Source: Alphaproteobacteria bacterium (GTDB lineage: Bacteria > Pseudomonadota > Alphaproteobacteria > GCA-2731375). From it: a DNA stretch of 64,000 nucleotides. Each line of letters begins with the position of its first letter. Within the stretch, counting starts at the first letter, position 1. Position numbers and translations under genes: made by a program. The notes below the pieces were generated by a model. That model was given only the letters and a program-made list of their open reading frames with translations, searched no databases and was not told where the DNA came from. The stretch spans positions 608,001 through 672,000 of the forward strand of contig CBDDPY010000002.1 of the NCBI GenBank assembly GCA_965232515.1. The letters are read 5' to 3'. This document shows, piece after piece, positions 37,826-61,183 of the stretch.

Positions 37826-38527
37826 ATGGCGAAAGTTGGCAAGAGGCTGCGGAGCGCCCGCGAAGGCCTGGACCGGGACCAGCTTTACCCGCTGACCGAT
37901 GCGGTGAAGATGGTCAAGAGCAACGCCAAGGCGAAGTTCGACGAAACCATTGAACTGGCGATGAATTTGGGCGTCGATCCCCGTCACGCGGATCAGATGG
38001 TCCGCGGCACCGTTCAGCTGCCGAACGGCACTGGTAAGAGCCTGCGGATCGCGGTTTTCGCGCGCGACGCCAAGGCCGAAGAGGCCAAAGCGGCGGGCGC
38101 CGATCTGGTCGGCGCCGAAGATCTGGCCGAGACGGTGCAGAAGGGCGAGATCGATTTCGACCGTTGCATCGCCACGCCCGACATGATGGCTGTCGTCGGC
38201 CGCTTGGGCAAAATTCTGGGTCCGCGCGGCATGATGCCTAATCCAAAATTGGGCACGGTGACGCCGGATGTGACAGCGGCCGTGCAGGCGGCGAAGGCCG
38301 GCCAGGTCGAGTTTCGCGTCGAGAAAGCCGGCATCGTGCATGCCGGCGTCGGCAAGGCGAGTTTCTCCGAGCAGCAGATCGAAGAAAATGTCCGTGCCGT
38401 GATCGACGCTGTCGTGAAGTCCAAGCCGAGCGGCGCCAAGGGAACGTTCGTGAAGCGCGTGGCGCTGAGCTCGACGATGGGCGCCGGCGTCAAGATCGAC
38501 GTGACGACGGCAACGGGCGCTGCGTAG
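37826..38527 (+). CDS. rplA: 50S ribosomal protein L1
   Basis: [18 protein letters not shown]. Confidence 0.99.
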   Translation: MAKVGKRLRSAREGLDRDQLYPLTDAVKMVKSNAKAKFDETIELAMNLGVDPRHADQMVRGTVQLPNGTGKSLRIAVFARDAKAEEAKAAGADLVGAEDLAETVQKGEIDFDRCIATPDMMAVVGRLGKILGPRGMMPNPKLGTVTPDVTAAVQAAKAGQVEFRVEKAGIVHAGVGKASFSEQQIEENVRAVIDAVVKSKPSGAKGTFVKRVALSSTMGAGVKIDVTTATGAA

Positions 38528-38624
38528 GAGCGTTTGAAGAGCTTCGCGGTCCGGCCGGCTTTTTGGGTTCGGATCGCGTCGTAGGCGACGGCGAAAGGCT
38601 TCATCGAGGCCATACCGTCGTCAA

Positions 38625-38700
38625 CCTGTCCGAGACTGCAGGCGTCGTCCGCACTACGCGGCGACTTAATGGATTTGCCGCCTGCATAGACGGGAAGAGA
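38625..38700 (+). ncRNA. L10 leader (cis-regulatory RNA)
   Basis: CCTGTCCGAGACTGCAGG...TTAA...CCTGCATAGACGGG kink-turn-type pattern upstream of rplJ. Confidence 0.8.
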
Positions 38701-38833
38701 CCGAAATTCCGCTACCGGCCAGACTGCCGGCAGCCGAAATCGGTTTGAACCCGAGGGCAGGCAACCTGAATTGGCCACGATGCGGCCGGTTCGATTGCAA
38801 CGGGGCCATGGCCCTTAGGAACGGAGGCAGTAC

Positions 38834-39352
38834 GTGGATCGAACGCAAAAGCGTGAGATGGTCGCCAAGTTGAACACGGTCTTTTCCGAGACCGCGTGCA
38901 TCGTGGTGACTCACTATAGCGGCCTCAACGTCGCGGAGATTTCCGATCTCCGTCGGCGAATGCGGGATGCCGGCGCCAACTTCAAGGTGACGAAAAACCG
39001 GCTGACCAAAATCGCCCTCGAGGGCACCCAGTACAGCCAGATCGGCGATCTGTTCAATGGCCCGACGGCCATTGCGTATGCCGACGATCCGGTAACGCCG
39101 GCCAAGGTGGTCGCGGACTTCGCCAAGGGGAACGAGAACCTCGTGGTGGTCGGCGGCGCCATGGGCGAGACCCGGCTGGACGCCGACGGCGTGCAGGCGC
39201 TTGCCAAGCTGCCGTCCCTGGACGAGCTGCGCGGCAAGTTGATCGGTCTGTTGCAGGCGCCGGCCACCAAGGTCGCCGGTGTGTTGCAGGCGCCGGCCGG
39301 ACAGCTGGCGCGCGTGATGGGTGCTTATGCGGCGAAAGACGAGGCGGCCTAG
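38834..39352 (+). CDS. rplJ: 50S ribosomal protein L10
   Basis: [21 protein letters not shown]. Confidence 0.99.
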   Translation: MDRTQKREMVAKLNTVFSETACIVVTHYSGLNVAEISDLRRRMRDAGANFKVTKNRLTKIALEGTQYSQIGDLFNGPTAIAYADDPVTPAKVVADFAKGNENLVVVGGAMGETRLDADGVQALAKLPSLDELRGKLIGLLQAPATKVAGVLQAPAGQLARVMGAYAAKDEAA

Positions 39353-39390
39353 CCGATTCGATATCTGGTTCAAACCGAGGAAGATGAACA

Positions 39391-39768
39391 ATGGCTGATT
39401 TGGAAAAGATTGCTGATGAATTGTCGGGCCTGACGGTCCTGGAAGCGGCCGAGTTGTCGAAGCTGCTGGAAGAGAAGTGGGGCGTTTCGGCGGCAGCGCC
39501 GGTAGCGGTCGCCGCGGTTGCCGGCGGTGCCGACGCCGAGGCCGCGGCCGAAGAGAAGGACTCCTTCGACGTTATTCTGGCCAATATCGGCGAGAAAAAG
39601 ATCAACGTCATCAAAGAGGTGCGGGCGATTACCAGCCTGGGTCTGAAAGAGGCGAAAGATCTTGTCGAGGCCGCGCCGAAGGCAGTCAAGGAGGGCGTGA
39701 CCAAGGACGAGGCCGACAAGATCAAGGAACAGCTCGAGGGCGCCGGCGCGACCGTCGAGGTGAAGTAA
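39391..39768 (+). CDS. rplL: 50S ribosomal protein L7/L12
   Basis: [19 protein letters not shown]. Confidence 0.99.
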   Translation: MADLEKIADELSGLTVLEAAELSKLLEEKWGVSAAAPVAVAAVAGGADAEAAAEEKDSFDVILANIGEKKINVIKEVRAITSLGLKEAKDLVEAAPKAVKEGVTKDEADKIKEQLEGAGATVEVK

Positions 39769-39775
39769 GTTGACC

Positions 39776-39807
39776 CCCGGCGGACGGACGATGATCCGTC
39801 CGCCGGG
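39776..39807 (+). terminator. 13-bp hairpin after rplL (attenuator or mRNA stabiliser)
   Basis: CCCGGCGGACGGA-cgatga-TCCGTCCGCCGGG; no U-tract. Confidence 0.55.
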
Positions 39808-39820
39808 ACAGTCGACATTC

Positions 39821-39836
39821 GTTAACAAAAATTTAA
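39821..39836. promoter_or_regulatory. CtrA-type binding site upstream of rpoB
   Basis: GTTAA-caaaaat-TTAA, i.e. minus-strand TTAA-N7-TTAAC; TATAAC at 39859. Confidence 0.5.
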
Positions 39837-40096
39837 GTGTATTTGTTAGGAAATAGGTTATAACCCCAATCGTGGCCGCGGGTATTGGTTGGAAATTGAA
39901 TTGAACATCGGGTGGACCCCCTGACGGGCCGCTGTGGCGGCGCCGTCGCTTTTGCTATGGGCGATCGGCGAAACGAGCGGGCGAACTGACGCTAACGCAC
40001 TGAATTATCAACGGCTTGGACATTGCGCGGTCCAATCCGACAACAGCAGATACGACGCCGCTTTTCGGTGGTCGGCTTGAGAGCACGAGGAACGGG

Positions 40097-44197
<4,101 letters not shown>

Positions 44198-44202
44198 CGG
44201 CC

Positions 44203-44236
44203 CAACCCGGCCGGCGGCGTTCCGCCGGCCGGGTTG
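44203..44236. other. perfect 15-bp hairpin between rpoB and rpoC
   Basis: CAACCCGGCCGGCGG-cgtt-CCGCCGGCCGGGTTG. Confidence 0.7.
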
Positions 44237-44240
44237 CTAA

Positions 44241-48479
<4,239 letters not shown>

Positions 48480-48484
48480 TATCC

Positions 48485-48528
48485 CGCCGCCGGCCGTTGT
48501 CGACAGCATGTCGCAGCGGCCGGCGGCG
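48485..48528 (+). terminator. long hairpin after rpoC
   Basis: CGCCGCCGGCCG...CGGCCGGCGGCG outer stem; weak U-tract. Confidence 0.55.
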
Positions 48529-48659
48529 TATCAGGTTTACGAATAGCGACGAAAGGCGGTGTTTGTTGAAATTATCTTGCGTGCCACGCGATTGGAGCGG
48601 CGTCTTCCGATCACGTGGTAAACGCCCATAATTTCGAGCGAAATTTGGTTTCTTTTTTG

Positions 48660-48688
48660 TTGACGGCCGGATAGCTGATTCATAGTAT
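48660..48688 (+). promoter_or_regulatory. sigma70 promoter of the str operon
   Basis: TTGACG-17 nt-TAGTAT with upstream T-tract. Confidence 0.75.
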
Positions 48689-48881
48689 CCGCCAACTTTT
48701 CGGGCGCAGGTAGTAGGTGTCGTCCTAGACGCTGCGCAAAGTGACCAAGAACCACATCGCATCGGCCTCGCATGTCGAGCCGGCGCAAATACCAGGCGGG
48801 CGAAGCGCGTGATCGCCGATGCGCATCGCCGCCGTTCAGTTTGTTGGGTTGAGACAAATGGCCATCGGCCGAGGATAGAGA

Positions 48882-49253
48882 ATGCCGACGATCAACCAGT
48901 TGATCCGTAAGCCGCGCCAAAAGCCGCGGACCCGCAACAAGGTGCCGGCGTTGCAGGCCTGCCCGCAAAAGCGGGGCGTTTGCACGCGCGTCTATACAAC
49001 GACGCCGAAGAAGCCGAACTCGGCCTTGCGTAAGGTCGCGCGCGTCCGATTGACCAACGGCTTCGAGGTCACGAGCTATATCCCGGGCGAAGGCCACAAT
49101 CTGCAGGAGCATTCCGTGGTCATGATCCGTGGCGGCCGTGTGAAGGATCTGCCGGGCGTCCGGTACCACATCATTCGCGGCGTGCTCGATACGCAAGGCG
49201 TCAGCGACCGCCGTCAGCGTCGGTCGAAGTACGGCGCCCGGCGGCCAAAGTAG
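48882..49253 (+). CDS. rpsL: 30S ribosomal protein S12
   Basis: [18 protein letters not shown]. Confidence 0.99.
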   Translation: MPTINQLIRKPRQKPRTRNKVPALQACPQKRGVCTRVYTTTPKKPNSALRKVARVRLTNGFEVTSYIPGEGHNLQEHSVVMIRGGRVKDLPGVRYHIIRGVLDTQGVSDRRQRRSKYGARRPK

Positions 49254-49263
49254 GGGCTGTTCG

Positions 49264-49734
49264 ATGTCGCGACGTCACCGCGCGGAGAAGCGCGAAATTC
49301 TTCCCGATCCGAAGTTTGGCGACACCACGCTCGCCAAGTTCATGAACAGTGTCATGGTCGACGGCAAGAAATCCGTCGCCGAGAGCATTGTTTACGGTGC
49401 GCTCGATCGTATCCAGGAAAAGACCGGGCAGGACCCGGTTCGGATGTTCCACGAGGCCTTGACGAATGTCCGGCCGGCGATCGAGGTGCGTTCGCGGCGC
49501 GTGGGCGGCGCGACATATCAGGTCCCGGTCGAGGTGCGGCCGGAGCGGGGGCAGGCGTTGGCGTTTCGTTGGCTGATCGGCAGCTCGCGGGGACGTTCTG
49601 AAAACACCATGGTCGACCGGCTGTCGAACGAGTTGTTGGACGCCGCGAACAATCGCGGCGCCGCGGTGAAAAAGCGTGAAGACACGCACCGCATGGCCGA
49701 GGCCAATCGCGCTTTCTCGCACTACCGCTGGTAA
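49264..49734 (+). CDS. rpsG: 30S ribosomal protein S7
   Basis: [19 protein letters not shown]. Confidence 0.99.
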   Translation: MSRRHRAEKREILPDPKFGDTTLAKFMNSVMVDGKKSVAESIVYGALDRIQEKTGQDPVRMFHEALTNVRPAIEVRSRRVGGATYQVPVEVRPERGQALAFRWLIGSSRGRSENTMVDRLSNELLDAANNRGAAVKKREDTHRMAEANRAFSHYRW

Positions 49735-49761
49735 CGCGGTCAAGAGTTCGAGGGTATTCCC

Positions 49762-51837
<2,076 letters not shown>

Positions 51838-51877
51838 CCGGTCGAGACTACAGGAAGCGTTAACGGAGACGATCGCG

Positions 51878-53068
<1,191 letters not shown>

Positions 53069-53117
53069 CAACGGGTCGCAACAAGGTCGAAGGCGGCCGG
53101 ACTATCAGGTAAGAAGC

Positions 53118-53426
53118 ATGGACAACCAGAATATTCGTATCAGGCTGAAAGCCTTCGACCATCGCGTGCTCGACCAATCGACGGGCGAGATCGTGAATAC
53201 GGCAAAGCGCACCGGCGCGCAGGTTCGTGGACCCATTCCACTGCCGACGCGCATCGAGCGTTTCACCGTGCTGCGGTCGCCGCACATCGACAAGAAGTCG
53301 CGCGAACAGTTCGAGATCCGCACGCACAAGCGTCTCCTCGACATCATCGATCCGACGCCGCAGACGGTCGACGCTCTGATGAAGCTCGACCTGGCGTCCG
53401 GCGTCGATGTCGAGATCAAGCTCTAG
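53118..53426 (+). CDS. rpsJ: 30S ribosomal protein S10
   Basis: [16 protein letters not shown]. Confidence 0.99.
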   Translation: MDNQNIRIRLKAFDHRVLDQSTGEIVNTAKRTGAQVRGPIPLPTRIERFTVLRSPHIDKKSREQFEIRTHKRLLDIIDPTPQTVDALMKLDLASGVDVEIKL

Positions 53427-53438
53427 GTTGTTGCCGTT

Positions 53439-54233
53439 ATGCGCTCTGGATTGATTGCGAAAAAACTCGGCATGTCGCGTGTGTTCCGCGATGACGGGAC
53501 CGATGTGCCGGTTACCGTGCTGCATATCGATAACTGTCAGGTCGTGGCGCAGCGCACGGCCGACCGCGATGGCTATACGGCGCTTCAGCTTGGCGTCGGT
53601 GCGGCCAAGACCAAGAATGTCAGCAAGGCTATGCGCGGCCATTTCGCCAAGGCCGAGGTTGAGCCGAAGCAGCGCTTGTCCGAGTTTCGTGTCGCCGATG
53701 ACGCCTTGATCGATGTCGGCGCCGAGCTGACGGCGGACCATTTCGTCAATGGTCAGCACGTCGACGTCAGCGCGACCTCGATCGGCAAGGGCTTTGCCGG
53801 CGCCATGAAGCGTTGGGGCTTTGGTGGTCTCAGGGCCAGTCACGGCGTATCGATTTCGCACCGCGCGCACGGCTCGACCGGCCAGTGCCAGGACCCCGGC
53901 AAGGTCTTCAAGGGCAAGAAGATGGCCGGTCATCTCGGCGCCAGCCGGGTGACGGTGCAGAACCTCGAGGTGGTCGAGACCGATGCCGACCGCGGCGTTG
54001 TGCTGGTAAAGGGCGCGGTGCCGGGTCCGAAAGGCGGCTGGGTGCTGGTGCGCGATGCGCTGAAGCGTCCGTTGCCGGAAGGCGTTCCGTTCCCGGGCGC
54101 ACTGAGGACGGCGGCGACGCCGGAGCCCGCAGCCGAGGCGGCGCCCGAGGATGACGCGCCGGCCGACGACGACGCCGAGACGCCGGCTGAGGCCGAAACG
54201 CCGGCCGACGACGCGCCCGAGCAGAAGGACTGA
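53439..54233 (+). CDS. rplC: 50S ribosomal protein L3
   Basis: GKGFAG, GKKMAGH; acidic C-terminal tail. Confidence 0.99.
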   Translation: MRSGLIAKKLGMSRVFRDDGTDVPVTVLHIDNCQVVAQRTADRDGYTALQLGVGAAKTKNVSKAMRGHFAKAEVEPKQRLSEFRVADDALIDVGAELTADHFVNGQHVDVSATSIGKGFAGAMKRWGFGGLRASHGVSISHRAHGSTGQCQDPGKVFKGKKMAGHLGASRVTVQNLEVVETDADRGVVLVKGAVPGPKGGWVLVRDALKRPLPEGVPFPGALRTAATPEPAAEAAPEDDAPADDDAETPAEAETPADDAPEQKD

Positions 54234-54238
54234 GCGCG

Positions 54239-54859
54239 ATGAAGGCCGACGTAAAAACGCTTGAGAACAAAAAGGCGGGCAGCATCGACCTGGCGGAAGA
54301 GATTTTCGGTCTCAAGCCGCGCGCCGACATTCTGCATCGCGTGGTCAACTGGCAGCTGGCGAAACGCCGTCAGGGCAGCCACAAGACCAAGCAGCGCAGC
54401 GAGATCACCGGCTCGGGCGGCAAGGCCTGGAAGCAGAAAGGCACGGGTCGGGCGCGTGTCGGCAACCGCAAGGCGCCGCAGTTCCGAGGCGGCGGTGTTG
54501 CGTTCGGTCCGGTAGTACGGGATCACGCCATCAAGCTGCCGAAGAAGGTTCGCCGTCTTGGCTTGAAGCTGGCGCTGTCCGCAAAGCAAGCCGCGGGTGA
54601 GCTGACGGTCCTGGACGCGGCGACGCTGGATGAGCCCAAGACCAAACCGCTGATCGACAAACTGACGAAGCTCGGCCTTGAGAAGGCGCTGATCATCGAT
54701 GGCGCGGAACTCGATGGCAATATGGTCAAGGCCGCCCGGAACATCCCGCATGTGCGGGTTCTGCCGGTGGCGGGCGCCAACGTCTATGACATTCTGCGCG
54801 GCGGTAATCTGGCCTTGACCAAGGCGGCCGTCGAAGCGCTGGAGGCGCGGCTCAAATGA
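54239..54859 (+). CDS. rplD: 50S ribosomal protein L4
   Basis: [16 protein letters not shown]. Confidence 0.99.
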   Translation: MKADVKTLENKKAGSIDLAEEIFGLKPRADILHRVVNWQLAKRRQGSHKTKQRSEITGSGGKAWKQKGTGRARVGNRKAPQFRGGGVAFGPVVRDHAIKLPKKVRRLGLKLALSAKQAAGELTVLDAATLDEPKTKPLIDKLTKLGLEKALIIDGAELDGNMVKAARNIPHVRVLPVAGANVYDILRGGNLALTKAAVEALEARLK

Positions 54860-55149
54860 TCAAAGAGTCGATGTATCAGACGATCCTGGGCCCGGTTATC
54901 ACGGAAAAGTCGACGCTGGGCTCGGAGCACGGACAAATCACGTTTCGGGTTGCCATCGATGCGACCAAGCCGCAGGTCAAGCAGGCGATCGAGGAATTGT
55001 TCAAAGTGAAGGTGAAGGCCGTGAACACGATCCGCGTGAAGGGCAAAAAAAAGCGCTTCCGCGGCGTTCTGGGTAAGCGCCCGGACTGGAAGAAGGCGGT
55101 CATCACGCTGGAAGACGGTCACAATATCGACGTGACGACGGGGATCTAG
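54856..55149 (+). CDS. rplW: 50S ribosomal protein L23
   Basis: PVITEKS, VNT, WKKA. Confidence 0.98.
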   Translation: MIKESMYQTILGPVITEKSTLGSEHGQITFRVAIDATKPQVKQAIEELFKVKVKAVNTIRVKGKKKRFRGVLGKRPDWKKAVITLEDGHNIDVTTGI

Positions 55150-55152
55150 CCG

Positions 55153-55980
55153 ATGGCTTTAAAGCATTACAATCCGACGACGCCGTCGCGACGCGGCCTG
55201 GTCCTGGTCGATCGTTCCGGTCTGCACAAGGGCGCGCCGGTCAAGGCATTGACGCGCGGCCTTTCGGGGTCCGGCGGCCGGAACAACCAGGGTCGGATTA
55301 CTGCGCGCCGGCGTGGCGGTGGCCACAAGCGCCGTTACCGCATCGTCGACTTCGTGCGTCGCAAATTCGATGTCGCCGCCAAGGTCGAACGGCTGGAATA
55401 CGATCCGAACCGGTCCGCCTTTATCGCCTTGTTGCGATATTCGGATGGCGAGCAGGCCTACATCCTGGCGCCGCAGCGTCTGCAAGTCGGCGACGAAGTC
55501 ATTTCCGGCGAGCGGGTCGACGTGCGGCCCGGAAACGCCATGCCGTTGAAGAACATGCCGATCGGTACGATCATCCACAACGTGGAGATGAAGCCGGGCA
55601 AGGGCGGTCAGATCGCGCGCGCGGCGGGCACTTATGTGCAACTGGTCGGCCGCGATGCCGGCTTGGCGATCCTGCGTCTGTCGTCCGGCGAGCAGCGGAT
55701 GGTGCACGGCGATTGCATGGCCACGGTCGGCGCGGTGTCGAACCCGGACAACTCGAACATCAAGCTCGGCAAGGCCGGGCGCAAGCGTTGGCTGGGCAAG
55801 CGCCCCTCGGTACGCGGCGTAGCCATGAACCCGGTCGATCACCCCCATGGCGGCGGCGAGGGCCGCACCAGCGGTGGCCGGCATCCGGTTACGCCTTGGG
55901 GCAAATCGACCAAGGGTAAACGCACACGCGGCAAGAAGCCGAGCGACCGCCTGATCGTCCGGCGGCGGTTCAAGAAGTAG
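55153..55980 (+). CDS. rplB: 50S ribosomal protein L2
   Basis: [20 protein letters not shown]. Confidence 0.99.
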   Translation: MALKHYNPTTPSRRGLVLVDRSGLHKGAPVKALTRGLSGSGGRNNQGRITARRRGGGHKRRYRIVDFVRRKFDVAAKVERLEYDPNRSAFIALLRYSDGEQAYILAPQRLQVGDEVISGERVDVRPGNAMPLKNMPIGTIIHNVEMKPGKGGQIARAAGTYVQLVGRDAGLAILRLSSGEQRMVHGDCMATVGAVSNPDNSNIKLGKAGRKRWLGKRPSVRGVAMNPVDHPHGGGEGRTSGGRHPVTPWGKSTKGKRTRGKKPSDRLIVRRRFKK

Positions 55981-55991
55981 GGAGAAAGCAG

Positions 55992-56270
55992 TTGGCGCGT
56001 TCTGTCTGGAAGGGCCCGTTCGTCGACGGCTACATGCTGAAGAAGGCCGAGGAAGCGCGCGGCTCGGGTCGAAAGGATGTGATCAAGATCTGGTCCCGTC
56101 GGTCGACCATTCTGCCGCAATTCGTGGGTCTGACGTTCGGCGTCTACAACGGCCACAAACACGTTCCCGTCATGGTGAACGAGGACATGGTCGGCCATAA
56201 GTTCGGCGAGTTCGCGCCGACCCGCACGTTCCACGGCCATACCGCCGACAAGAAGGCGCGACGGGGTTAA
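55992..56270 (+). CDS. rpsS: 30S ribosomal protein S19
   Basis: WSRRSTI, GHKFGEF; TTG start. Confidence 0.98.
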   Translation: MARSVWKGPFVDGYMLKKAEEARGSGRKDVIKIWSRRSTILPQFVGLTFGVYNGHKHVPVMVNEDMVGHKFGEFAPTRTFHGHTADKKARRG

Positions 56271-56275
56271 TCGCG

Positions 56276-56656
56276 ATGGGTAAACAGACACCAGAGCGCA
56301 GATTGGCCGAAAACGAGGCTTTGGCGGTGGGCAACATGATCCGCATCAGCCCGCAAAAGCTGAATGTCGTCGCGGCGACGATCCGGGGCATGCCGGTCGA
56401 TGCCGCGCTGGCGGAGCTGACGTTCTCGCGCCGCCGTATCGCCCAGGACGTCAAGAAGGTCCTGCAGTCGGCGATCGCAAACGCGGAGAACAACCACGAC
56501 CTGGATGTTGACGACTTGATCGTGGCCGAAGCCAGCGTCGGCAAGCGCATGGTGATGAAGCGCTGGCGCGCGCGGGCCCGTGGCCGTGTCGGCAAGATCC
56601 AAAAGCCGTTCAGCCAGATTCGTATTGTCGTCCGGCAGCGCGAGGAGATTGAGTAA
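56276..56656 (+). CDS. rplV: 50S ribosomal protein L22
   Basis: [18 protein letters not shown]. Confidence 0.98.
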   Translation: MGKQTPERRLAENEALAVGNMIRISPQKLNVVAATIRGMPVDAALAELTFSRRRIAQDVKKVLQSAIANAENNHDLDVDDLIVAEASVGKRMVMKRWRARARGRVGKIQKPFSQIRIVVRQREEIE

Positions 56657-57336
56657 TGGGCCAGAAGGTCAATCCGATTGGGCTGCGGCTCGGTATCAAC
56701 AGGACCTGGGATTCGCGATGGTACGCGCAGACCGGCGAATATGCCGATTTGCTGCATGAAGACCTCAAGATCCGGGATTATCTGGAAGGCCGGCTGAGTC
56801 AGGCCGGACTTTCGCGGATCGTGATCGAGCGACCGGCGAAGCGCGCCCGCGTGACCATCCATTCGGCCCGGCCGGGTGTGGTGATCGGCAAGAAGGGCGC
56901 CGACATCGAGAAGTTGCGGCGGCATCTGTCGAAAATGACGAATGGCGATGTGCATCTGAACATCGTCGAGATCCGCAAGCCCGAGATCGATGCCAAGCTG
57001 GTCGCGGAGAATATCTCGCAGCAGCTCGAGCGTCGCGTTGCTTTCCGCCGGGCCATGAAGCGCGCCGTGCAGTCGGCCATGCGTCTTGGCGCCCTCGGCA
57101 TCCGGATCAATTGCGGCGGCCGCCTGGGCGGTGCCGAGATTGCCCGTACCGAGTGGTACCGGGAGGGCCAGGTGCCGCTGCATACGCTGCGCGCCGATAT
57201 CGATTACGGCCAGGCGACGGCGAAGACGGCCTATGGCACCTGCGGCGTCAAGGTCTGGGTCTACAAAGGCGAGATCCTGGCGCACGACCCCATGGCGCAG
57301 GAGAAGCGTAACGCCGAGGTGCAGCAGCCGCGCTGA
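56656..57336 (+). CDS. rpsC: 30S ribosomal protein S3
   Basis: [19 protein letters not shown]. Confidence 0.99.
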   Translation: MGQKVNPIGLRLGINRTWDSRWYAQTGEYADLLHEDLKIRDYLEGRLSQAGLSRIVIERPAKRARVTIHSARPGVVIGKKGADIEKLRRHLSKMTNGDVHLNIVEIRKPEIDAKLVAENISQQLERRVAFRRAMKRAVQSAMRLGALGIRINCGGRLGGAEIARTEWYREGQVPLHTLRADIDYGQATAKTAYGTCGVKVWVYKGEILAHDPMAQEKRNAEVQQPR

Positions 57337-57378
57337 CGCGTGCTGCGGCGGTAAGCAAAAGCAAGAGACGGTTCGACA

Positions 57379-57798
57379 ATGTTACAGCCGAAGCGGACAA
57401 AGTTTCGCAAAGCCCACAAGGGCCGCATCCACGGCAACGCCAAGGGCGCGACCAGCCTGAATTTCGGATCCTTCGGGATCAAGGCGGTCCAGCCGGCGCG
57501 TGTCACCGCGCGGCAGATCGAGGCCTGCCGGCGCGCGATCGTGCGTCACATGCGGCGCAGCGGCAAGATGTGGATCCGAGTTTTTCCGGACGTGCCGGTG
57601 TCCAGCAAGCCGACCGAAGTGCGCATGGGCAAGGGTAAGGGGTCGCCGGAATACTGGATTTGCCGGGTGAAGCCGGGCCGCATCCTGTTCGAGCTTGACG
57701 GCGTGGCGCCGGAGCTTGCCCGCGAGGCCTGCGCGCGCGGCGCGGCCAAGCTGCCGATGGCGGTGCGGTTCATTTCCCGCGCGGGCGGCGAGGCCTAG
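57379..57798 (+). CDS. rplP: 50S ribosomal protein L16
   Basis: [18 protein letters not shown]. Confidence 0.99.
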   Translation: MLQPKRTKFRKAHKGRIHGNAKGATSLNFGSFGIKAVQPARVTARQIEACRRAIVRHMRRSGKMWIRVFPDVPVSSKPTEVRMGKGKGSPEYWICRVKPGRILFELDGVAPELAREACARGAAKLPMAVRFISRAGGEA

Positions 57799-57800
57799 CC

Positions 57801-58001
57801 ATGAAGGCGGAAGAACTGCGCGGCAAGACGACCGACCAGCTGAACGATCAGCTGCTGGATCTGCGGAAGGAAAGCTTCAACCTGCGTTTCCAGCGGGCGA
57901 GCGGTCAGCTCGAGAATACGGCGCGCGTGCGTCAGATACGCCGGGACATTGCCCGGATCAAAACCGTCCTGCACAAGATGCAGGCCGGCGACCAAGCTTA
58001 G
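57801..58001 (+). CDS. rpmC: 50S ribosomal protein L29
   Basis: [15 protein letters not shown]. Confidence 0.98.
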   Translation: MKAEELRGKTTDQLNDQLLDLRKESFNLRFQRASGQLENTARVRQIRRDIARIKTVLHKMQAGDQA

Positions 58002-58010
58002 GAGCCGAGA

Positions 58011-58253
58011 ATGCCCAGGCGTGTATTGCAGGGGACCGTCGTCAGCGACAAGACCGACAAGACGATTGTCGTGCGGGTCGAGCGTCGGGTGACCCATCCG
58101 ATCTACAAGAAAGTTATCCGCCGCTCGGGCAAGTTCCATGCGCACGACGAGAACAATGCTCACAAGATTGGCGATATCGTGCGCATCCGCGAGTGTCGTC
58201 CGCGATCCAAGCTGAAGCGTTGGGAAGTCGTCGCCGACGACGCCGGCAACTGA
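58011..58253 (+). CDS. rpsQ: 30S ribosomal protein S17
   Basis: GTVVSDK, HPIYKK, AHDE. Confidence 0.98.
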   Translation: MPRRVLQGTVVSDKTDKTIVVRVERRVTHPIYKKVIRRSGKFHAHDENNAHKIGDIVRIRECRPRSKLKRWEVVADDAGN

Positions 58254-58272
58254 CGGGCGGGGGAGTTTCGAG

Positions 58273-58641
58273 ATGATTCAGCCCGAGACCGTCCTCGACG
58301 TTGCCGACAATTCCGGCGCCCGGCGGGTCCAATGCATCAAGGTGCTTGGCGGTTCGAAGCGCAAATACGCATCCGTCGGCGACATCATCGTCGTCAGCGT
58401 CAAGGAAGCCATTCCGCGCGGTCGCGTGAAGAAGGGCGATATGCATCGCGCCGTGGTCGTCCGTACCGCGAAGGAGATCCACCGGCAGGATGGCACGGCC
58501 ATCCGCTTCGATCGCAACGCCGCGGTGCTGATTTCGAATGCCGGCGAGCCGATCGGTACGCGCATCTTCGGCCCGGTGACCCGCGAGCTGCGCGGCAAGA
58601 ACCACATGAAGATCATCTCGCTGGCCCCTGAGGTGCTGTAG
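58273..58641 (+). CDS. rplN: 50S ribosomal protein L14
   Basis: [15 protein letters not shown]. Confidence 0.99.
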   Translation: MIQPETVLDVADNSGARRVQCIKVLGGSKRKYASVGDIIVVSVKEAIPRGRVKKGDMHRAVVVRTAKEIHRQDGTAIRFDRNAAVLISNAGEPIGTRIFGPVTRELRGKNHMKIISLAPEVL

Positions 58642-58965
58642 ATGGCCAAGAAACTCAAAATGAAGAAGGGCGACAAGGTCGTCATTCTGACGGGCAAGGA
58701 CAAGGGCAAGACGGGCGAGATCCTGCGGGTCGACCGCAAGTCGAACCGAGCCGTTGTCGATCGCCAGAACATGATCCGGCGTCACACGAAACCGAGCCAG
58801 ACCAATCCGGGCGGCATCGTCGAGCGTGAGGCGTCGATCCATATTTCCAACCTGGCGCTCGCCGATCCCAAGGACGATGCGCCGACAAAGGTCGGATACA
58901 AGTTCCTGGCCGACGGACGCAAGGTGCGGTTTGCCAGGCGTTCGGGAGAGGTTATCGATGTCTGA
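58642..58965 (+). CDS. rplX: 50S ribosomal protein L24
   Basis: KGDKV..GKDKGK, IHISN. Confidence 0.98.
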   Translation: MAKKLKMKKGDKVVILTGKDKGKTGEILRVDRKSNRAVVDRQNMIRRHTKPSQTNPGGIVEREASIHISNLALADPKDDAPTKVGYKFLADGRKVRFARRSGEVIDV

Positions 58966-59530
58966 TACCGCAGTCGCAGAGGCGCCGCGTTTGAAGACGC
59001 TCTACAACGACGTCCTGCGCGAACAACTGATGCAGCAATTCAGCTACGAGAACCTGTTGCAGGTACCGAAGCTGGAAAAGGTCGTGCTGAACATGGGTGT
59101 CGGCGAGGGCGTTGCCGACCGCAAGAAGGTCGAGGCGGCGACCACCGATCTGACCGCGATCTCCGGTCAGAAGCCGGTCATCACCAAGGCCTCGAAGTCG
59201 ATTGCCGGCTTCAAGCTGCGCGAAGGCATGCTGGTCGGCTGCAAGGTGACCCTGCGCCGGGATCGCATGTACGAGTTTCTGGACCGGCTGATCAACATCG
59301 CGTTGCCGCGGGTCCGGGACTTCCGTGGCCTATCGCCGAGCAGTTTCGACGGCCGCGGCAACTATTCCATGGGACTGCGCGAGCAGATCGTGTTTCCCGA
59401 GATCGACTACGACAAGGTCGACGAGGTGCGTGGCCTGGATATCAGCATCTGCACCACGGCCAACACCGATGACGAAGCGCGCGCCTTGCTGACCGGCATT
59501 AACATGCCGTTCCAAGGCGCCAGTGTTTGA
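58958..59530 (+). CDS. rplE: 50S ribosomal protein L5
   Basis: [16 protein letters not shown]; start at ATG 58958. Confidence 0.98.
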   Translation: MSDTAVAEAPRLKTLYNDVLREQLMQQFSYENLLQVPKLEKVVLNMGVGEGVADRKKVEAATTDLTAISGQKPVITKASKSIAGFKLREGMLVGCKVTLRRDRMYEFLDRLINIALPRVRDFRGLSPSSFDGRGNYSMGLREQIVFPEIDYDKVDEVRGLDISICTTANTDDEARALLTGINMPFQGASV

Positions 59531-59539
59531 GGACCAGGT

Positions 59540-59845
59540 ATGGCGAAGAAAAGTGCCATTGAGAAGAACAAGCGGCGGGCGAAGCGTTCGATTCAGTCAG
59601 CCGAGCGCCGTGCGCGCCTGAAAGAGATCGCCAGCGACAAGAACCTGCCGCAGGAAGAGCGGTTCAGCGCGCGATTGAAGCTGGCCCAGATGCCGCGCAA
59701 CGCCTCGCCGACCCGCGTCCGCAATCGCTGCGAACTGACGGGCCGGTCGCGGGGCTTCTATCGCAAGTTCAAGATGTCTCGCGTCGCACTTCGCGAACTG
59801 GGCTCCCGCGGCTTGATCCCGGGCCTCGTCAAGTCAAGCTGGTAG
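59540..59845 (+). CDS. rpsN: 30S ribosomal protein S14 (long, Zn-independent form)
   Basis: [17 protein letters not shown]. Confidence 0.98.
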   Translation: MAKKSAIEKNKRRAKRSIQSAERRARLKEIASDKNLPQEERFSARLKLAQMPRNASPTRVRNRCELTGRSRGFYRKFKMSRVALRELGSRGLIPGLVKSSW

Positions 59846-59859
59846 GAGGGCGACGACGA

Positions 59860-60258
59860 ATGTCGATGACCGATCCGATCGGGGATATGTTGACCCGTAT
59901 CCGCAATGGCCAGATGGCGCGCAAGACGTCGATCGTGACGCCGGCGTCCAAGCAGCGCGAGCGCGTGCTGGACGTGCTGGAGCGCGAGGGCTTTATCCGC
60001 GGCTATTCGCGTACCGACTACGATGGCGGCAAAGCCGACCTTCAGATCGAGTTGAAGTATTACGAAGGCGAGCCCGTCATTCAGCGAATTAAAAGAATTT
60101 CGACTCCGGGACGGCGGATTTATTCGTCGGTCAAGGACCTGCCGCGGGTCGCGAACGGTCTGGGCATCTCGATCCTGTCGACGCCGCGCGGCGTGCTGTC
60201 CGATGCGGAAGCGCGCGACGCCAATGTCGGCGGCGAGATCCTGGCCGAGGTATTCTAG
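59860..60258 (+). CDS. rpsH: 30S ribosomal protein S8
   Basis: [12 protein letters not shown]. Confidence 0.99.
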   Translation: MSMTDPIGDMLTRIRNGQMARKTSIVTPASKQRERVLDVLEREGFIRGYSRTDYDGGKADLQIELKYYEGEPVIQRIKRISTPGRRIYSSVKDLPRVANGLGISILSTPRGVLSDAEARDANVGGEILAEVF

Positions 60259-60267
60259 GAGCAGACC

Positions 60268-60801
60268 ATGTCGCGCATCGGCAAACTACCCGTACAAGTC
60301 CCGAGCGGCGTGTCGGTCCAGATCAATGGTCAGGATATCGCGGTCAAGGGCAGCAAGGGCGAGCTCACCCTGCGCCTGGTCGACGATGTCACGGCGACGC
60401 AGGATGATGGCGCCGTCGTCGTCACGCCGCGGGACGACAGCAAGCGATCCCGCTCCATGTGGGGCATGCAGCGCAGCTTGGTGCAAAACATGGTCACCGG
60501 CGTTTCCGACGGCTTCGAGATCGACCTGGAAATCCAGGGCGTCGGCTATCGCGCCGCCGTGCAGGGCAAGACGCTCAACCTGCAGCTCGGCTTCAGCCAC
60601 GATGTCGCCTTCGCGATCCCGGATGGCGTGACGATCGCCTGCGAACGGCCGACCGCGATCAAGGTGTCGGGCATCGACAAACAGCTCGTCGGTCAGGTGG
60701 CGGCCAAGATCCGGTCCTATCGTCCGCCGGAGCCCTACAAGGGCAAGGGCGTGCGCTATGTTGGCGAATACATCTTCCGCAAGGAAGGCAAGAAGAAGTA
60801 A
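60268..60801 (+). CDS. rplF: 50S ribosomal protein L6
   Basis: [14 protein letters not shown]. Confidence 0.99.
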   Translation: MSRIGKLPVQVPSGVSVQINGQDIAVKGSKGELTLRLVDDVTATQDDGAVVVTPRDDSKRSRSMWGMQRSLVQNMVTGVSDGFEIDLEIQGVGYRAAVQGKTLNLQLGFSHDVAFAIPDGVTIACERPTAIKVSGIDKQLVGQVAAKIRSYRPPEPYKGKGVRYVGEYIFRKEGKKK

Positions 60802-60806
60802 CGGTC

Positions 60807-61169
60807 ATGGAAAAGGCAAAGAAACTCTTCCAACGGCGGCGCGACCGGATCCGCTACCAGCTACGCCGGGCGGCGAAGGGCCGGCCGCGGCTGTCGGTGT
60901 TTCGGTCCTCGAAGCACATTTACGCGCAGATCATCGACGACACGAATGGGGTCACGTTGGCGTCGGCAAGCTCGATCGAGAAGTCGCTGCGCGGTGATCT
61001 CAAGACCGGGGCGGACACGGATGCGGCCAGCAAGGTCGGCGGCCTGATCGCCGAGCGCGCGAAGTCGGCCGGGGTCACGGATGTGGTCTTCGATCGTGGC
61101 GGCTATCGGTATCACGGCCGGGTGAAAGCTCTGGCGGACGCTGCCCGCGAAGGCGGCCTGACGTTTTAG
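60807..61169 (+). CDS. rplR: 50S ribosomal protein L18
   Basis: [20 protein letters not shown]; start at ATG 60807. Confidence 0.98.
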   Translation: MEKAKKLFQRRRDRIRYQLRRAAKGRPRLSVFRSSKHIYAQIIDDTNGVTLASASSIEKSLRGDLKTGADTDAASKVGGLIAERAKSAGVTDVVFDRGGYRYHGRVKALADAAREGGLTF

Positions 61170-61183
61170 AAAGGCGTTGAACT

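Noticed and set aside
54110-54233. Short repeats (GCCGAGACGCCGGC-like) at the end of rplC
   Set aside because: They encode an acidic Ala/Pro low-complexity tail common in alphaproteobacterial L3; not an array.
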